49,252 nt of DNA from Candidatus Berkelbacteria bacterium (GTDB taxonomy: Bacteria > Patescibacteriota > UBA1384 > XYA2-FULL-43-10 > 1-14-0-10-43-13), in the NCBI GenBank assembly GCA_037140515.1, contig JBAXEI010000005.1, positions 1 to 49,252 of the forward strand. The letters run 5' to 3'. The translations under genes were made by a program, and so were the position numbers. Below the pieces are notes generated by a model that was not told the origin of the DNA, did not search any database, and saw only the letters and a list, made by a program, of their open reading frames with translations. Shown here in pieces: positions 46,367-49,252 of the stretch; position 1 is the stretch's first letter, and each line of letters opens with the position of its first letter.

Positions 46367-46395
46367 TTGACAAGTCGTGTTGTAGTTGATATAAT
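46367..46395 (+). promoter_or_regulatory. Consensus sigma70 promoter
   Basis: TTGACA-17 nt-TATAAT with TGn extension. Confidence 0.85.
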
Positions 46396-46401
46396 TGCTT
46401 A

Positions 46402-47039
46402 ATTTAGTACATTGAAAATTCAATAGAAAGAGCGTCTGGAGGGACAAAGCAGCAAATTATGCATTCCTCCGTGGAATGCTTTTTTTAGCTAGAATGAGAT
46501 GGGATTACTGGAGGGTTTTACCGGCCTTTCAAGAGAGGAGATCAATAACTGATAAAATATCTGGTTATAATCTTGTACAAAGTCAACGCCATGTGAATTG
46601 GTACAAGACTTCTCCTCCCCAGCTCATTCTTGCTAAATTAAAAACAAGCAAGAAGCCACTTTCGAACAATGTAAATTGTTTGAAGGTAAAAAACAAAAAG
46701 GATGAACATACAACAAAGCAGAGTTTAAAATAAATAAACAATAGACTCTATAAGCTATAATGTTGAATCTAATCCGACAAAAGACATGAGAGGTTGTGAC
46801 TCTTTCTCTTACTCGATGTAAATCAGGTAGGGGATCCCAAAGTCCATACCTCTCAATGAGGGCATAAGATGAAGCAGCCGAGGTAATATTTAAAAACTAT
46901 ATCTCGATTAGTCTGCAAATCATTTTTTGCCCAACCCAAAACATCCAAATGGAGGGAAATCATATTGGATTTTTTGGTGTTAATAGTTCTGATCACTAGC
47001 ACATAGTCTCGAAACAATTCGAGGCTATTTTTGTTTTTT
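46402..47039 (+). ncRNA. Candidate long structured ncRNA (multi-hairpin)
   Basis: Promoter, boxA-like GTACATTGAAAA, at least seven long stems with short or A-rich linkers, terminator; no convincing ORF. Confidence 0.6.
47003..47039 (+). terminator. Intrinsic terminator closing the candidate ncRNA
   Basis: ATAGTCTCGAA/TTCGAGGCTAT followed by TTTTGTTTTTT. Confidence 0.8.
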
Positions 47040-47078
47040 GGCTTGACAGTGGGGCTAGGGTTTAGGACTTCATTATTT

Positions 47079-47206
47079 TTCATCCTGAACACAGCATCGT
47101 CATCCTGAACTTGCCGTGCCACTTCCGTAGCCTTGGCGAAGGGTGGATTCAGGATGACGATGCTGTCTAAATGGTGACGGGATGCTGAAATGAATTCAGC
47201 ATGACA
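47079..47206. repeat. Rearranged REPIN-like cluster with nested insert
   Basis: ACAGCATCGTCATCCTGAA...TTCAGGATGACGATGCTGT inverted repeat around the CCGTAGCCTTGGCGAAGG insert. Confidence 0.8.
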
Positions 47207-47315
47207 GGATGTAAAGTTGCGGAGATCAATCTTGCCTCAATCAATTTTTTGTGGTACAGTATCGCACGAATTGTAGCAAGGCTACATTTCGAATTTTGAC
47301 GAGGAGGGAAAGCCA

Positions 47316-48701
47316 ATGCTTACCCCAAAAAAACCTGGAGAATCGAAAAAAATTGTGTACGATGTCGGCGAGGTAATCGCCGAAGGCAAGACCAAGACGA
47401 TCAGCGCTATCGTCGATCAGCCAGATCTCGTGATGATCACGAATAAGGACGCTATTACTGCGCATGATAACGCGCAGTTTACCAGAACGTTCGACAGCAA
47501 AGCTGCGTCAGCAACTGCGACTACAGTCAATGTGTTCAAGTTTCTCAAAGATTGTAGTATGAACGTTGCTTTCGTTGAGCAAGTTGGCCCAACTCAGTTT
47601 GTGGCAAATAAGGGTGAAATGATCCCTCTCGAAGTCGTTGCCCGGCGCCATGCTGTTGGCTCAATGCTAAAGCGTGATCCGGAGTTGGCGAGAGAAGGTG
47701 ATATTCCTTATCGCTTTACAAATGTGCGGGTTGAATTTTTCCTGAAGACTAAAGACGGAAAATTTACCGACCGGCATGGCGAAGTTCACGATCTGCATCT
47801 TGATCCGCTGAAGGGCGAAGAAGACCCAATCATTGCCAATCCTGGCGATGAGACTTGGGTGCTTCATCATCCGAAGATGCCGATATCTGCAGAAACCATT
47901 CTCGGTTTTGTTCAGGCTGATCTTGTCGTTTGTACCTCCGAAGAGATCAAGATTATGAGAGATATGACAAAGCAAGCATTTCTCTTACTTGAAAAAGCTT
48001 GGGAGGTTCTCCATCATACTTTGATCGATTTCAAAATTGAATTCGCTTGGGGTGCCGAAAACGGTTTGATGATTGCAGATGTGATCGACAATGATAGCTG
48101 GCGTCTTCGCGATGGAGATTGGCAGGAGCAGAGCAAGGAAGTTTTCCGGCAAAATGGCTTGACCGACGAAGTCGTTGCGAAGTATGCGCGAATCGCTACT
48201 CTCTCCGAGCTTCTTCGCCTGCCAAAGCAAGCCCTGGTGCTCTGGGGTGAGCCGACTGAGCAAGACGAAACACTTGCGACAATGTGTGCCTTCATCGATG
48301 GTTTGAACATCTTGTGCGAAGAAGAAGTCGAAGGCGATAAGACTGAGCAAGTGAATAATTTGCTTTCGGAATATCGTGGCGGTGGCGTGATACTCTACTG
48401 CGGTCCAGAAAACGAAGGTTCAGTCATTGACGATATTCTTTGGCCAATCTTTGTTGGCCTTGGTGAAGATCCTGAAGAAAACGCAGCGTCAGACAAGTTT
48501 TCTGGGATTGTCACCGTGTTAGCGATAAATAATCCAGCTGCTTATGCATGGATGGAAATGATCAACGATCCGGACATCGACTATGCTGACGGAGATCCGG
48601 TATATGATCTCGAAGAGATCGAGGAAGCGAAGAATGACGAAGTCCTCGACCATGGCATGACAAAGAAAGAAATTGTTGAGGAAGCTGGTAACCGAGGCTG
48701 A
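47316..48701 (+). CDS. purC: SAICAR synthetase with C-terminal extension
   Basis: EGKTK, IPLEVVARR, LIDFKIEF, ADVIDNDSWRL. Confidence 0.88.
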   Translation: MLTPKKPGESKKIVYDVGEVIAEGKTKTISAIVDQPDLVMITNKDAITAHDNAQFTRTFDSKAASATATTVNVFKFLKDCSMNVAFVEQVGPTQFVANKGEMIPLEVVARRHAVGSMLKRDPELAREGDIPYRFTNVRVEFFLKTKDGKFTDRHGEVHDLHLDPLKGEEDPIIANPGDETWVLHHPKMPISAETILGFVQADLVVCTSEEIKIMRDMTKQAFLLLEKAWEVLHHTLIDFKIEFAWGAENGLMIADVIDNDSWRLRDGDWQEQSKEVFRQNGLTDEVVAKYARIATLSELLRLPKQALVLWGEPTEQDETLATMCAFIDGLNILCEEEVEGDKTEQVNNLLSEYRGGGVILYCGPENEGSVIDDILWPIFVGLGEDPEENAASDKFSGIVTVLAINNPAAYAWMEMINDPDIDYADGDPVYDLEEIEEAKNDEVLDHGMTKKEIVEEAGNRG

Positions 48702-48718
48702 GCGCTCGAAAAACCCTA

Positions 48719-48757
48719 CCCGGTGCGACTAGAAATAGTTTCATCGGGTTTTTTTTA
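48719..48757 (+). terminator. Intrinsic terminator
   Basis: CCCGGTG..ACTA-GAAA-TAGT..CATCGGG followed by a T-run. Confidence 0.7.
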
Positions 48758-48782
48758 TTGTTCTTTTTGTCATTCCAAATTT

Positions 48783-48858
48783 TGTCATCCTGAACTTGTT
48801 TCAGGATCTCGCAATAGTCTAAATGACAACGGGATCCTGAAACAAGTTCAGGATGACA
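48783..48858. repeat. REPIN-like inverted doublet
   Basis: Arms identical to 14155-14230. Confidence 0.85.
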
Positions 48859-48971
48859 AAGCTTATGTGCTGAATCGACAAAACTCCCCTTTATTGTCAG
48901 AAAATCATCGCTGTGTTATGTTATTTTGCAATGGTGGCAAGGCTACCAAATATTGCAAAGGAGGTAGGCCG

Positions 48972-49223
48972 ATGCTTACTTCAAAAAATGGCGAGACAGC
49001 TGCCCATTGTCCTATTGCCGCCGCGGTTATCCGTGGAATGAAGTCTGATCCTGATCAAGAAAAAGCACGGGTGCCTTCCAATGCACCATTTCAGGTCGGG
49101 ACTGATGCTATCACTCGTGAAGTCATGAGAAGTATGAGTCCATCTCGAAAGAATATTCGGCCTTCTGTTCAATTAGATGGCAACAAATCATCTCAATTTC
49201 TGATGTGTGATTACCTTAGGTAA
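48972..49223 (+). CDS. Small hypothetical protein
   Basis: RBS AAGGAGG; the start region resembles that of purC. Confidence 0.55.
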   Translation: MLTSKNGETAAHCPIAAAVIRGMKSDPDQEKARVPSNAPFQVGTDAITREVMRSMSPSRKNIRPSVQLDGNKSSQFLMCDYLR

Positions 49224-49252
49224 CTATCCTTGCCGGCTTATCAAATATGATA

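Noticed and set aside
46476-46733. 85-aa ORF inside the hairpin region (also 46853..47122 on minus)
   Set aside because: No clear RBS and no recognisable motif; the start lies in a terminator-like stem, and the sequence is better explained by RNA pairing. Not fully excluded.
46402-47039. CRISPR array or H/ACA guide cluster
   Set aside because: No direct repeats with spacers. ACA triplets after stems are inconsistent and expected in A-rich linkers.
48723-48971. N-terminal extension of the last ORF and similar REP-spanning ORFs (2252, 22417, 43233, 45112, 45704)
   Set aside because: They translate through terminators and REP palindromes (CHPELVSGS, VIPAKAGI), so they are spurious.
1-49252. 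Alternative genetic code (TGA = Gly)
   Set aside because: Conserved genes are full length under code 11, and several end at TGA.

Overview
Bacterial genomic window in the standard code (TGA = stop). Its gene content suggests a Patescibacteria/CPR-type organism (inference). It carries housekeeping genes (dnaE, dnaX, dnaB, gltX, ndk, rpmA, rplS, rlmN-like, helD-like, purC-like), five tRNAs, a type IV pilus cluster and many TGTCAT-ended REP-like palindromes. The most unusual signals are: (1) a ~640-nt transcription unit with no convincing ORF (46.4-47.04 kb), made of a perfect sigma70 promoter, a boxA-like motif, a chain of long hairpins and a terminator; (2) two tandem TrmB-regulator modules whose cargo genes each have the same covarying 30-nt hairpin exactly 41 nt before the ATG; (3) a shared ~100-nt element inserted behind two different tRNAs, each with an 18-nt duplication of the tRNA 3' end; (4) an HU/IHF-domain-PilB ATPase fusion; (5) a HypC-HydE-like radical SAM fusion; (6) a leader-peptide attenuator in front of helD. 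Family assignments come from motif recognition by eye; no searches were run.
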